Positions 50,836 to 61,068 of a stretch of 64,000 nt of DNA are shown piece by piece; positions within the stretch are counted from its first letter, which is position 1; each line of letters starts with the position of its first letter. The translations under genes and the position numbers were made by a program. Where the stretch lies: assembly GCA_963665125.2 (NCBI GenBank), contig CAXXUK010000002.1, forward strand, positions 480,001 through 544,000. The letters run 5' to 3'. The notes below the pieces were generated by a model, which was not told the origin of the DNA, ran no database searches, and saw nothing but the letters and a program-made list of their open reading frames with translations. The DNA comes from an uncultured Desulfarculus sp. (GTDB taxonomy: Bacteria > Desulfobacterota > Desulfarculia > Desulfarculales > Desulfarculaceae).

Positions 50836-51782
50836 TCGGCCTTTTCGTCAAATTCGAGCCTGCGCTGGCTGCGCTGCACCTCGGCCAGCATCTTGCGCTG
50901 GGTGCTGAAGGAATTGAGCACCAGACCGGCGAACCAGCACTGAAAGGCGATGAACATCAGTACGGCCATGACCACCAGGCTGGGCACATGAGCCCTGGTG
51001 CTGCCTTCCCAATACAACACCAGCCAGCGGAAGGCCAGCAGCAGCGACCCGGCAAAGGGCACCGCGCCCAATATGGAAAAGAAATACAGCGGCCTGTAAA
51101 AGACCAGCGAGCGGACGATGGTGGACATGGAGCGCTTTAGATAGCTGGGGATGCTTTTAACCAGGCGGGATTCACGCGTGGACGGATTGGTGCGGATGGG
51201 CACCCACTTGATGATCAGGTTTTCAGACCCGGCCTGGATGATCGTTTCCAAGGTGTAGGTGTAGTCGTCGAATACGTTGAGGCTCAGGGCCGTTTTGCGG
51301 TTCATGGCCCGGAACCCGCTGGGCGCGTCTGGGATGTCCGTTCCGCTGGCCTTGCGCACGACCAAACTGCCCAGACCTTGAAGCAAGCGCTTGATGGCCG
51401 AAAATTCCATTGTTTCCTTGATGGGCCTGGCGCCGATGATGAAGTCGGCCTGGCCGTCGAGGATCGGCTGGATCAGCTTGGGGATGTCGTCGGCGTTGTA
51501 CTGGTTGTCGGCGTCGGTGTTGACGATGATGTCGGCCCCGGCCCGCAGGCTGGCCTCCAGCCCTGACATGAAGGCGTTGGCCAGGCCTTTGTTGGGCTTG
51601 ACGGTGACCACGTGATCCACACCGGCGGCCCTGGCGGCGGCCACTGTGCCGTCTGTGGAGCCGTCATCGACGATGAGCCATTCAATGGCGTCCACGCCAG
51701 GAAGCCTCCGGGGCAGACAGGCCAGGGTGCTCGCGATATTGTCCTCTTCATTGTAACAGGGGATCTGGATAATTAGCTTCAT
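50832..51782 (-). CDS. Glycosyltransferase family 2 (polyprenol-phosphate GT-like)
   Basis: IPCYNEE, VDDGSTD, NTDADNQY, SGFRA, two C-terminal TM helices. Confidence 0.92.
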   Translation of the reverse strand: MKLIIQIPCYNEEDNIASTLACLPRRLPGVDAIEWLIVDDGSTDGTVAAARAAGVDHVVTVKPNKGLANAFMSGLEASLRAGADIIVNTDADNQYNADDIPKLIQPILDGQADFIIGARPIKETMEFSAIKRLLQGLGSLVVRKASGTDIPDAPSGFRAMNRKTALSLNVFDDYTYTLETIIQAGSENLIIKWVPIRTNPSTRESRLVKSIPSYLKRSMSTIVRSLVFYRPLYFFSILGAVPFAGSLLLAFRWLVLYWEGSTRAHVPSLVVMAVLMFIAFQCWFAGLVLNSFSTQRKMLAEVQRSQRRLEFDEKAD

Positions 51783-51831
51783 ATCGGGCACCTCTTAAAA
51801 ACGAGCACTTGGGTTATTTAGCCTGCACCGG

Positions 51832-54576
51832 CTATTGCCCCGCCGGTCCGCGCAGGACCAGGCGCTCCACCGACCACCACCACTTGGCCTCGGAGGTATC
51901 CAGGGCAAGCCTAATATAGCGGGCTTCCAAGCCGTTGCCCAGCCGGTACACATTGAGCGGGCCGGAGCGGGCCAGCGGAATCTGGCCGCTGAAGACCAAT
52001 GGACCGGCCAGTCGGATCTGTATCTTCTGCCAGTTTTGGCCGTCGTCAGAGGCCCAGGCGGCCAACCCCCTGGGAAAATCATTGTAATAGTTCGGGTTGT
52101 GCAGTTCCAGCCATTCCACGGGCTGCACCGTGCCCAGGTCGATATCCAGGGACGCGCCCTGATTTTGAGGTTTCTGGCTGGACCAGACTACCTGTTTGCC
52201 GTCTTCGGCCAGGGCCGCGGCGTTGGCCGAATCAACGGCTGCGCTTACGGCCGCCGGTTTTATCGGTATGCCCGTGTTTCGGCCCGAAAGTTCGAAGATG
52301 ATATAGCGCCCGGCCTTGTGCTTTTTGAAGCCGACGCCCCAACGCTCCAGGGCCTGCTCGGTGATCGGGGCCTCGGCGGCGTCGGCCACCACGGCGTTGC
52401 CCGGACCGGGTTCGACAACGGGCCACTCGCCCTTGGGGACCACCATCGCGCCGGTGTTGTCAATGGCCTGGGTCACGGTTATCCACGGCTGGTAATCGAG
52501 CTCGATTCGCAGCAGGGCGGCGGGCCAGGCGTCGGCATATATCCGCGCCGGTTTGAGGGCCTCCACGGTCCGCACGAGCTGTTGGCCGCTGTCGGGCCAT
52601 GACGGAACGGCCTGTCGTGTCTTTTGCGGCTCCCAGGCCAGGACCTCCTGCACCGTCCAGGGCAATTCGGACTTTCCGGCGTGGGTGACGCGCAGATACC
52701 TGACAGGCTTGGCGGGCCAGTAACTCTCCACCCTGATGTGCACGGTGCGCATGAAGGCGTGCGGCCCGGACATGTAGAACGGGCCCCAGTAATTGGCTGC
52801 CTGGCGCAAGACGGAATACGTCTTTCCGTCGGTGGAGGCCTCTATCTTCAGGCCTGCGGGGACCTGCTCGTGCTCCATGGGGATCAGGGCAATGCCGCTC
52901 AGGGTTTGCTCTTGCCCCAGATCCAGGACAAAACCCTGACCCGCCCGGGCCGCCTTTACCGTTGAAAAACCGGTGGACAGGTCGCCGTCGCTGAGGAAAC
53001 AGCCCAGGTCGGCTCCGTCGGTGGCCGAAGCCCGCCAGGACTCACGCTGCAACAAACCGCCCTTGTCGGGCTGGCCAAAGCCCCAATATGATTTGCGGCT
53101 GGCCACCACGCCATTGTTGTAGGGCAGGCCCAGTAACCGGGCCGATTCTTCCAGGTTGACACCGTAGTAGAGAGGGTCCGGGCTGGCGTCGACCATGTGG
53201 CCGTCCATGGGTTTACGGGCCTTCCAGTTATGCACTACAAGCGGATCGCCGTTGGTGTAATAACCCAGCCGCCAGCTGTCTTGGGCATACATCGTTTTGA
53301 TTCCGGTTTGGCGCAGCACTTGGGCCTGGCCTCTGTGCATGGCGTCCAAGTTGTATTGTCTGGCCGGTGAGCCGAAAAATGGCCTGCCGAGATGTGAGTA
53401 GCTGCAATAGCCGGTCACGCTTATGAAGATGATCAATACCGGAAGCAGCATCGCCGCCGGCCTGGCATGCCTGATCATCCAGGTCATCGCCAGGCTAAGG
53501 CAAACGGGCAGCACCAGATACAACGACAACAGGTATGCCTGGTTGAACGAGGACAGGGCGTCGCCGTAGATGCTGAAAACCAAAATGGCGAAATAGGCGG
53601 CAAATATTAAGGGAAACAATAATGAGGAGCCTGGGTTGCCCTTGACTCCCTTGACAATCAGGCCGGTGAGGCCCGCCGCCAAAATCGCCAGCATCACAAG
53701 GTAGACAATGAACATCAACGAGTCAGGGGTGACGGTACCGCCGACTGCGGGAGTGCTGAAACCCAGGATGATGGGCAGGGCGTTGGAAAAAAGGCCCTGA
53801 ACATGGGGCGGAAAGTAATGCCAACCGTATACGTTCACCTGTTGGCCGTAGGAGCTGTGGGCCGTGAGCAGGTAGTAGGCCAGCGGCAGCCCGCCCACGA
53901 CCCCGCCGAAGAAAAAGGCGGACAGGTTCAGCGGCCTGATTCGTTTCCAGGCGCCAAAAAGCAATAACAGGGTGCAGGCCAGAAACACTCCGATGGTCTG
54001 CGGGTGGGTGTAGAGCATCGCCCCGGCCGCCAGGCCCCAGCCGAAGGCCCTGCCAGCTGTCCATCGGGGCCGGTCCCACAACTCCACGGTCAACAGAATC
54101 AACACCGCGCTAAGGAGCACGCCAAGGGAGTAATGGGTTTGGGCATAGCCGCAGTAAAACATCCAAAAGGCAGGCGGGACGGCCATGGACATTAGACCCA
54201 CCGCCACGCCCCAGGGCCCGGCAAAACGCTTCAACACCCGGTGCATGATAATCATGACCCCCATGGAAAACAGCGGGGGCCAGAGATTGAGAATATACGA
54301 GGAGGGGCCGAACAGGTAGATCAGCGGGGCGCTGAGCAGGGCGTCATAGGTGCCCATGTGGTTTTTGCCCAGCAGGAACAGCGGGAAATTGCCCCGCAGG
54401 AATTCCTCGGCCGTGCTGCCGATGAGGCAGTTTTCAGCGGACAACCCGGCGGACAAATAGCGGAACACGCGCAATAAGACTGCCACGCAGTAAATACCGG
54501 CGATAACGGCCGGATAAAACCTGGGAATTTGACTGGTTCGGTTATCAACCGACGCAGTGGCGTTTTGCTTGATCAT
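51832..54576 (-). CDS. Multi-pass membrane protein (GT-C-like N-terminus) with two discoidin/F5-8-type-C-like domains
   Basis: About 10-12 TM segments, then LDLG..Q.LSGI..P, ASTDGK, DIDLGTVQPV, ASDDGQNW, ARYIRL motifs. Confidence 0.7.
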   Translation of the reverse strand: MIKQNATASVDNRTSQIPRFYPAVIAGIYCVAVLLRVFRYLSAGLSAENCLIGSTAEEFLRGNFPLFLLGKNHMGTYDALLSAPLIYLFGPSSYILNLWPPLFSMGVMIIMHRVLKRFAGPWGVAVGLMSMAVPPAFWMFYCGYAQTHYSLGVLLSAVLILLTVELWDRPRWTAGRAFGWGLAAGAMLYTHPQTIGVFLACTLLLLFGAWKRIRPLNLSAFFFGGVVGGLPLAYYLLTAHSSYGQQVNVYGWHYFPPHVQGLFSNALPIILGFSTPAVGGTVTPDSLMFIVYLVMLAILAAGLTGLIVKGVKGNPGSSLLFPLIFAAYFAILVFSIYGDALSSFNQAYLLSLYLVLPVCLSLAMTWMIRHARPAAMLLPVLIIFISVTGYCSYSHLGRPFFGSPARQYNLDAMHRGQAQVLRQTGIKTMYAQDSWRLGYYTNGDPLVVHNWKARKPMDGHMVDASPDPLYYGVNLEESARLLGLPYNNGVVASRKSYWGFGQPDKGGLLQRESWRASATDGADLGCFLSDGDLSTGFSTVKAARAGQGFVLDLGQEQTLSGIALIPMEHEQVPAGLKIEASTDGKTYSVLRQAANYWGPFYMSGPHAFMRTVHIRVESYWPAKPVRYLRVTHAGKSELPWTVQEVLAWEPQKTRQAVPSWPDSGQQLVRTVEALKPARIYADAWPAALLRIELDYQPWITVTQAIDNTGAMVVPKGEWPVVEPGPGNAVVADAAEAPITEQALERWGVGFKKHKAGRYIIFELSGRNTGIPIKPAAVSAAVDSANAAALAEDGKQVVWSSQKPQNQGASLDIDLGTVQPVEWLELHNPNYYNDFPRGLAAWASDDGQNWQKIQIRLAGPLVFSGQIPLARSGPLNVYRLGNGLEARYIRLALDTSEAKWWWSVERLVLRGPAGQ

Positions 54577-54797
54577 TGCCCGGCCAGCTCAATAGACGTG
54601 TTTGAAAATATTATGGTTATCGCGCCCATGGTCGCCATGACCTAGCACTATAGCCTACTTTGACCCGGCGGGCAAAACCAAAGGCTGCTCCACGAACATA
54701 GAGGAAATGACCGGCGGACGGCGGGGCCGCCAGGGCGGTTCCGGCCCTGTCCAGCCTCCCGGAGCGCGGGGACGGACAGGGCCATAACGGCTTGGCG

Positions 54798-55586
54798 TCA
54801 GCCCCTGGAGCCCAGGCGCAGACCGCCGTGGATGAAGAAGACCTCTCCGGCCAGGGCCTCGTTGCGGTACAACTCGCCCACCAGGGAGGCCACCTCCTCG
54901 GGCTCGATGAGCCTGCCGATGGGCACCTCGCCCAAAATCTTGTCCAGGGCGGCCTGATTCATGCCCTTGACCATTTCCGTGCCAACGTAACCCGGAGCAA
55001 CGGCCACGCAGCGGATGCGGCCCGAGAGCCCCTTGCGCAGGAATTCGGCGGTGATCACCTTGGGCATCACCGACATGGCCGCCTTGGTGGAGGCATAGTT
55101 GATCTGCCCGGCAGTGCCCAGCGAGCCGGTGGAGGAGATCAGGCAGATCAGGCCCGAACAATCGTTGTCGACCATGCGCTGGGCGCACTCCCGGATGGTC
55201 AGGAACACGCCGGTGAGGTTGATGTCCACGACCTTTTCAAAGTCGGCCAGGGCCATCTTTTTCTTGACCTTGCCCGTCTCGCGGTCGGTGGCCAAGAGCA
55301 GGCCGTCGCGGATGATCCCGGCAAATGGCGCCACCAGGTTGATGGCCCCGAATTTTTCAAGGGCCAGTTCGGCCAGGGCGGCGTTGTCGTCCTCGCTGGT
55401 CACGTTGCAGGCCAAGACAGCCGCCTTGTCCGGGCCGAATTCGTCCAGAGCTCTTTGCAGGGCGCCCTGGTCCACGTCGGCCAACACGACCTTGCCGCCG
55501 CCGCCCACCCAATAGCGGGCCAGGGCCAGGCCGATGCCCCCGGCGCCACCGGTTATAACCGCAACGGAATCCTTGATTTGCAGCAT
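54798..55586 (-). CDS. Short-chain dehydrogenase/reductase (3-oxoacyl reductase-like)
   Basis: TGGAGGIG, YASTK, APGYVGT. Confidence 0.93.
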   Translation of the reverse strand: MLQIKDSVAVITGGAGGIGLALARYWVGGGGKVVLADVDQGALQRALDEFGPDKAAVLACNVTSEDDNAALAELALEKFGAINLVAPFAGIIRDGLLLATDRETGKVKKKMALADFEKVVDINLTGVFLTIRECAQRMVDNDCSGLICLISSTGSLGTAGQINYASTKAAMSVMPKVITAEFLRKGLSGRIRCVAVAPGYVGTEMVKGMNQAALDKILGEVPIGRLIEPEEVASLVGELYRNEALAGEVFFIHGGLRLGSRG

Positions 55587-55606
55587 GTTTGTTTCACCTT
55601 TCTTTA

Positions 55607-57631
55607 TTAATCGCCTGAATTTTCATCAGAATCGTTATTCTTCAACGCGGCCGCGGCCTTGTCCCGGCTGTCGAAAAACTCCGGCTTGAGCTTGCGCTTG
55701 GCCAGGGCGTCGCCCAGCTTGACCCGCAGGAAGGCGCTGGTGGTGTAGCGGGTCACGCCGCTGTAGTAGGCGTCCACCACCTGGCGGACCATGTCCGAGT
55801 AGGCGTCCACCAGTTCCGGCACGATGCTGAAGTCGTCGTAGTCCACGATGGCGTAGACCTTGTGGCCCAGGCCGGAAAGGTTTTTGTCCACCTGGTCCCG
55901 GATGTCTTCGATGACCTGGAGGGAGTGCACTGAAAAGCCCTTGAAATTGACGAAGAAAATGTTCTGGTCCGGGTCGTAGACCAGCCGCTTTTCCAGGGGC
56001 AGGGCCAGCATGTCCCGGCCCAGGCCCATGGGCTGGTCCCGGAAAATGCGCGGGTCCATCAGCCTGGGTTGGCCGTTCATGACCGGCGCGAAATCCATCT
56101 GGTCCAGGATGTCGCGTTGCAGGTCGACGCCCGGCGCGATTTCGGTCAGTTCCATGCCCCGGCCGGTGAGGCGGAACACGCAGCGCTCGGTTATGTAGAG
56201 GATCGGGCGGCCCGATTCGGCTGCCAGGTCGCCGCTGAAGGTGACCTGTTCCACCCGTTTGACGAATTTTTTGGAGCTTCCCTCCCTCACGATGTTCAGC
56301 CCGCCGCCGATGATCTCCACCTGGAGCCCGCCAGCGGTGAAGGTGCCCACGAAGACGACCTTTTTGGCGTTTTGGCTGATGTTGATGAAACCGCCCGCCC
56401 CGGCCAACCTGGGGCCGAAGCGGCTCACGTTGAGGTCGCCCAGTTCATCGGCCTGGGCCAGGCCCAAAAAGGCGATGTCCAGGCCGCCGCCGTCGTAAAA
56501 GTCGAACTGGGCGGGCTGGTCTATGAGGGCGTCGGTGTTGGAGGCCGCCCCGAAATTGAGCCCTCCGGCCGGCACTCCGCCGATGACGCCGGGCTCGGCG
56601 GTGAGGGTCAGGAAGTCCAGCACGTGTTCCTCGTTGGCCACGTTGGCGATGCCCTCGGGCATGCCGATGCCCAGGTTGACCACATCACCGCTTTGCAGCT
56701 CAAAGGCGGCCCGCCGGGCGATGACCTTGCGCGGGCTCATGTCCATGGGCTGGATGGCCGTCAGCGGTTCGCGGATCTCGCCGCTAAAGGACGGGTTGTG
56801 GACCGAGGCGAAGGTCTGCCAGTGGTTTTCCGGCTGGGACTGCACCACGCAGTCGACCATCACGCCGGGGATGCGCACCTGACGTGAGCTGAGGGTGTGG
56901 CGGTCGGCGATGCGCTCCACCTGGACGATGACGATGCCCCCGGAGTTGCGGGCCGCCGTGGCGATGGCCAGCGATTCCAGGTACAGGGCCTCGCGCTCCA
57001 TGGTGATGTTGCCGTCCAGGTCGGCGGTGGTGCCCCGCAGGATGGCCACGTTGATGGGAAAGGTCTTGTAGGCCAGGTATTCCCGGCCGTCGAATTCGAT
57101 AAGCTCCACCAGGTCCTGGGTCGTGGCCGCGTTGATCTTGCCGCCGCCCTTGCGCGGGTCCACGAAGGTGCCCAGGCCAACGTGGGTGATGGTCCGGGGC
57201 TTGCCCGCGGCGATGTCGCGGTACATGTGGGTGATCACGCCCTGGGGCAGGTTGTAGGCCTGAATCTTGTTGTCCACGGCCAATTTTTGCAGCTTGGGCA
57301 CCAGGCCCCAGTGACCTCCCACCACCCTGGAGACCAGCCCCTCGCTGCCCAGGTGGTTGAGCCCGCGGTCGCCGCCGTCGCCCTGGCCCGCGGCGTAGAC
57401 CAGGGTCAGGTCCCTGGGGCGGCCTTCCTTTAGGTAGCGCTCCTCCAGGGCGATGATCACCTGCTCGGGAATGCCGATGCCCACGAAGCCGCCCGTGGCC
57501 ACGGTGTCGCCGTCGCTGATAAGGCGCACGGCCTCCTCGGCGGTGACGACCTTGCCCTTGGGCGCGCTCTGGGGAGTCAGGCCCGAAAGCATGGGGTGGG
57601 TTTGGCCTACAAGGGGTTTTTTATGGAGCAT
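55607..57631 (-). CDS. Acyl-CoA:acetate/propionate CoA-transferase (fused, YdiF/Pct-like) with C-terminal extension
   Basis: [45 protein letters not shown]. Confidence 0.9.
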   Translation of the reverse strand: MLHKKPLVGQTHPMLSGLTPQSAPKGKVVTAEEAVRLISDGDTVATGGFVGIGIPEQVIIALEERYLKEGRPRDLTLVYAAGQGDGGDRGLNHLGSEGLVSRVVGGHWGLVPKLQKLAVDNKIQAYNLPQGVITHMYRDIAAGKPRTITHVGLGTFVDPRKGGGKINAATTQDLVELIEFDGREYLAYKTFPINVAILRGTTADLDGNITMEREALYLESLAIATAARNSGGIVIVQVERIADRHTLSSRQVRIPGVMVDCVVQSQPENHWQTFASVHNPSFSGEIREPLTAIQPMDMSPRKVIARRAAFELQSGDVVNLGIGMPEGIANVANEEHVLDFLTLTAEPGVIGGVPAGGLNFGAASNTDALIDQPAQFDFYDGGGLDIAFLGLAQADELGDLNVSRFGPRLAGAGGFINISQNAKKVVFVGTFTAGGLQVEIIGGGLNIVREGSSKKFVKRVEQVTFSGDLAAESGRPILYITERCVFRLTGRGMELTEIAPGVDLQRDILDQMDFAPVMNGQPRLMDPRIFRDQPMGLGRDMLALPLEKRLVYDPDQNIFFVNFKGFSVHSLQVIEDIRDQVDKNLSGLGHKVYAIVDYDDFSIVPELVDAYSDMVRQVVDAYYSGVTRYTTSAFLRVKLGDALAKRKLKPEFFDSRDKAAAALKNNDSDENSGD

Positions 57632-57737
57632 CTCATCCCTCCTTGCCGCTGGAAAAGGCCTGGCCGGGCGTCATGGCCCGTCACAGCCGCCGGCAAAGCC
57701 GAAAACCAAAAAGGACAGCGGCCGGCATGGCATATAG

Positions 57738-57752
57738 GCAAGAGACGTGCCA
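57738..57752 (-). promoter_or_regulatory. Sigma54 (-24/-12) promoter for the CoA-transferase/SDR operon
   Basis: Minus strand TGGCAC-GTCTC-TTGC, matching the TGGCAC-N5-TTGC consensus. Confidence 0.85.
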
Positions 57753-57894
57753 CGGCAGCGGCTGGCTCCGGCCCATTACCGGTTGACCGGTGTCTGGGAA
57801 AATTTATTCATATATTCAACAGGTTCGCACAGGTTGGCGCGGATGCGTTGCTGGTGTTTTTCTTTGACTGCGCGGCCTGGGGCAGTATAGCATA

Positions 57895-57930
57895 TGTATC
57901 AATGTGGAGACATGTAGTCTTATGGATACA
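57895..57930. promoter_or_regulatory. Two tandem TGT-N12-ACA sites (putative enhancer for the sigma54 activator)
   Basis: TGTATCAATGTGGAGACA (57895-57912) and TGTAGTCTTATGGATACA (57913-57930). Confidence 0.6.
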
Positions 57931-57942
57931 CGTGGAGAGACG

Positions 57943-59364
57943 ATGGGCGAGCAAAGCCTGGTCCTGGCCCTGCAACGGCAAGTCGCCGCTTTGCAGGAGC
58001 AGCTGGAGCACAACGAGCTGATCTTCAACCACATCTACAACGGCGCATGCGTTGTCGACGCCAACGGCATCGTCACCCATTTCAACGAGCCCTACGGCCT
58101 GTTCATCGGCGTGGACCCCCGGGAGCAGATTGGCAAACACATCACAGAGGTGGTGGAGAACACGCGTCTGCATATCGTGGCCCGTATGGGCAAGGCCGAG
58201 ATCAACGTGACCCAGCGCATCAAGGGCCAGGACATGGTGGTCCAGCGCATCCCCATCGTCAAAGACGGCGAGGTCATCGGCGTGTTCGGCCAGGTGACCT
58301 TCACGGACGTGCGCGACCTGGGCCGCCTGGTCCAGCGCCTGTCCCTGCTGGAATCCAAGGTGCGGCTCTATGAGCAGGAACTCAGCTCCCTGCGCTCCAC
58401 CCGCTACACCCTGGACAGCCTCAAGGGCTCCAGCCCGGCCATGGACCGGCTAAAGGCCGAGGCCCGCCGGGTGGCCCAGGGCCTGATGCCGGTGTTGATC
58501 AGCGGCGAATCGGGCACGGGCAAGGAGCTGTTCGCCCAGGGCATCCATCAAAGCTCGCCCCGGCGCATGAAGCCGTTCGTGCGCCTCAACTGCGCGGCCA
58601 TCCCAAAGGACCTGTTTGAGTCCGAGCTGTTCGGCTATGCCAAGGGCGCCTTCACCGGGGCCAGGGCCCAGGGTAAGCCGGGCAAGTTCGAACTGGCCCA
58701 CGGCGGGACGATATTTCTGGACGAGATCGGCGAGATGCCCCTGGAAATGCAGCCCAAGCTGCTGCGGGTGTTGGAGGAAAAAGAGATCGAGCGTCTCGGC
58801 GGCACCAGGGTGACCAAGGCCGACTTCCGGCTCATCGCCGCCACCAACCGTGACCTGGAGCTGCTCATCGACCAGGGCCTGTTCCGCCAGGATCTGTACT
58901 ACCGTCTCAACGTGATTCCCTTGCATATCCCGCCCTTGCGGGAGCGCCCCGAAGACATCATGGACCTGGCCCTGAGCTTTCTGGCGGACCTGGGCCGGGA
59001 TTCGGGGGCTGACTACTATCTGGACGACAGCGCCCGGCGGCTGCTTTTGGCTCATCCCTGGCCGGGCAACGGCCGCGAGCTTTTCAACGTGCTGGAACGG
59101 GCTGTCTCCACCGTGACCGGCAACCGCATCGGCGCCGGGGACCTGCCGTTGTATCTGCACAATAACAAGCCGAGGCCCGCGACCGGCGGAGGGCTAAACC
59201 TGAGGCAGCGGATGGACGAGGCCGAAAAACAGGCCCTGGCCGAGGCCCTGGGCGCGGCAAAGGGCAACAAGGCCCGGGCGGCCCGGATGCTGGGCATCCA
59301 CCGCACCCTGCTCTACAAGAAGCTGGCCAAATACGGCATGAGTCCGGAATTGGTTGACATGTAG
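57943..59364 (+). CDS. Sigma54-dependent PAS-AAA+-Fis transcriptional activator
   Basis: [29 protein letters not shown]-terminal Fis HTH. Confidence 0.95.
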   Translation: MGEQSLVLALQRQVAALQEQLEHNELIFNHIYNGACVVDANGIVTHFNEPYGLFIGVDPREQIGKHITEVVENTRLHIVARMGKAEINVTQRIKGQDMVVQRIPIVKDGEVIGVFGQVTFTDVRDLGRLVQRLSLLESKVRLYEQELSSLRSTRYTLDSLKGSSPAMDRLKAEARRVAQGLMPVLISGESGTGKELFAQGIHQSSPRRMKPFVRLNCAAIPKDLFESELFGYAKGAFTGARAQGKPGKFELAHGGTIFLDEIGEMPLEMQPKLLRVLEEKEIERLGGTRVTKADFRLIAATNRDLELLIDQGLFRQDLYYRLNVIPLHIPPLRERPEDIMDLALSFLADLGRDSGADYYLDDSARRLLLAHPWPGNGRELFNVLERAVSTVTGNRIGAGDLPLYLHNNKPRPATGGGLNLRQRMDEAEKQALAEALGAAKGNKARAARMLGIHRTLLYKKLAKYGMSPELVDM

Positions 59365-59397
59365 CAAAATAGCTACACTTATCAAATGCGCGATCCG

Positions 59398-60537
59398 TTA
59401 ATATGGCTGGCTGTGCTGGATGATGCGCCTGATCTCATCCCTGAAATAATCGGCCAGGCGGTTGCACTCGGCGTGATCCACCGGCCCGCCCTTGTCGTCA
59501 GGCAGGTCATAGGGGCTGCCCAGCACGAAGATATTTTCGTCGTTGGCCTCGTTGGCCGGTTCGGTGTAGTTCATGCTGCCGCCCACCACGATATCCCGGT
59601 CGATGACCATGAGCTTGTGGTGCAGCTTGCCCAGGCCGGGCAATTGGGCCGGGTCGGGAAAATACACTTCAACGCCCTGGTCGTGCATCCAGTGGGCCGC
59701 CGCCCAGTCCTGGCGCCCCTGGGCCGGGTCCATGGCCCCGCGAATGGCCACACCGGCCCGCTTGAGCATGACCATGGCGTCGTCGATGCCCGAGGAGTCG
59801 GAAAAGGTGAAGATGGCAAACTCAAGCTCGGCGCCGCATTTGAGCATCTGCTTGACCACCTCGATTTCGGGCTCGTCGTCCGGGGCGAAACGGATGCGCA
59901 CCGGCACGCCGTTGATATTTACCGTATCGGTGCGTCTTCGGCGGCGCTGCTGCATCTGGCCGAAGGTCCCCTCGCCAAGCTCGACAAATTCCTGGTTGTA
60001 GATCTTGGCGATGCGCTTGTCGTGAAAGACAACCACGTGGTTCAGGTTGGCGTGGGTGCCCGTGAAGGTGAAGTTGGTGGAGCCGGTGAGTACGGCCGTG
60101 GTGCCCGGAGATCCGGTGGCGTAATCACGGACCATGAATTTTTGATGAAAGATCTTGGGGTTGAGGTCGGCCTTTACGTCGACGCCGCAGCGCAGCAGGG
60201 CGGCCAGTATCTCCCGGTTGACGCCCGTTGCGTATGAGGGCTGCTCCTGCCATTGGGCATCGAGTTTTTGCTGTTCAGTTGCGCCGTCGGGCAGTTCGGG
60301 GTGGTTTTCGGCCTTGAGATAGTCCTGCTCCATGAACATGCGCACCCGCACGCCCCTAAGCCGGGCGTCGAGGATGGCCTGGGCGATGGTCTTGTTGTCC
60401 AATTCCTGGACGGCGATGTCCAGGCTGTTGCGGGCCTGGGCGATAAATCCGACTATCACTGACTCCAGGTTGTCCGGGGCGCCAAGCTCAATGGGCCCGG
60501 CATAGGCCTGGATGGCTCCACCCGCGAAATCCGTCAT
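59398..60537 (-). CDS. Phospholipase D-superfamily protein with two HKD motifs
   Basis: HQKFMVRD...GSTNFT and HHKLMVID...GSMNYT. Confidence 0.85.
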   Translation of the reverse strand: MTDFAGGAIQAYAGPIELGAPDNLESVIVGFIAQARNSLDIAVQELDNKTIAQAILDARLRGVRVRMFMEQDYLKAENHPELPDGATEQQKLDAQWQEQPSYATGVNREILAALLRCGVDVKADLNPKIFHQKFMVRDYATGSPGTTAVLTGSTNFTFTGTHANLNHVVVFHDKRIAKIYNQEFVELGEGTFGQMQQRRRRRTDTVNINGVPVRIRFAPDDEPEIEVVKQMLKCGAELEFAIFTFSDSSGIDDAMVMLKRAGVAIRGAMDPAQGRQDWAAAHWMHDQGVEVYFPDPAQLPGLGKLHHKLMVIDRDIVVGGSMNYTEPANEANDENIFVLGSPYDLPDDKGGPVDHAECNRLADYFRDEIRRIIQHSQPY

Positions 60538-60823
60538 GGCTGTCCTCCCCCATGATCAGGCATGATTTTGGGCATCAATGCTGAAAAAATTACATACAGT
60601 ATACAAAAAAATTTCTACTTGAATTTTCTCTTTTCCGTTGCCGGAGTCTTGTTGTTATAACATAAACGGCTGTAATTAATAACGTTGTTATTGTTAACCT
60701 TTAGTGGGTGATTGTTTTTACCCGTTGTTGACGATTGTGGCGATTTGGTGAAAGGGGTTGCGCGGCCGGAATTTTGGGTTTAAGCTTTCCCCAAGTTTAC
60801 ACCTGTCAAGGCGTGGGATAATA

Positions 60824-60958
60824 ATGGCAACAAGGGCCGCACAACTTAGCCGCAATCAGGTCATGGCCGACAGCGGCAATGCCTGGGCCCGCTATTATTA
60901 TTATTACTTTACCACCTCCACCCGGACGGTGTGCTCAAACGGGGTGTCGATGATCTAG
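60824..60958 (+). CDS. Attenuator leader peptide with Tyr5-Phe tract
   Basis: MATRAAQLSRNQVMADSGNAWARYYYYYFTTSTRTVCSNGVSMI*; Tyr codons 60893-60907; alternative start 60863. Confidence 0.8.
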   Translation: MATRAAQLSRNQVMADSGNAWARYYYYYFTTSTRTVCSNGVSMI

Positions 60959-60983
60959 ATCAAACCCCAGCTCAAGCGAACAC

Positions 60984-61019
60984 AGCCCACCGTCTGAATG
61001 GACGGTGGGTTTTTTATTT
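60984..61019 (+). terminator. Attenuator terminator upstream of DAHP synthase
   Basis: agcccaccgtc-tgaatg-gacggtgggtt followed by a T run. Confidence 0.85.
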
Positions 61020-61068
61020 GCTCGGACTATAAAAAAAGCGAAACCATTTAAAGGAAAAGAGCGGAAAA

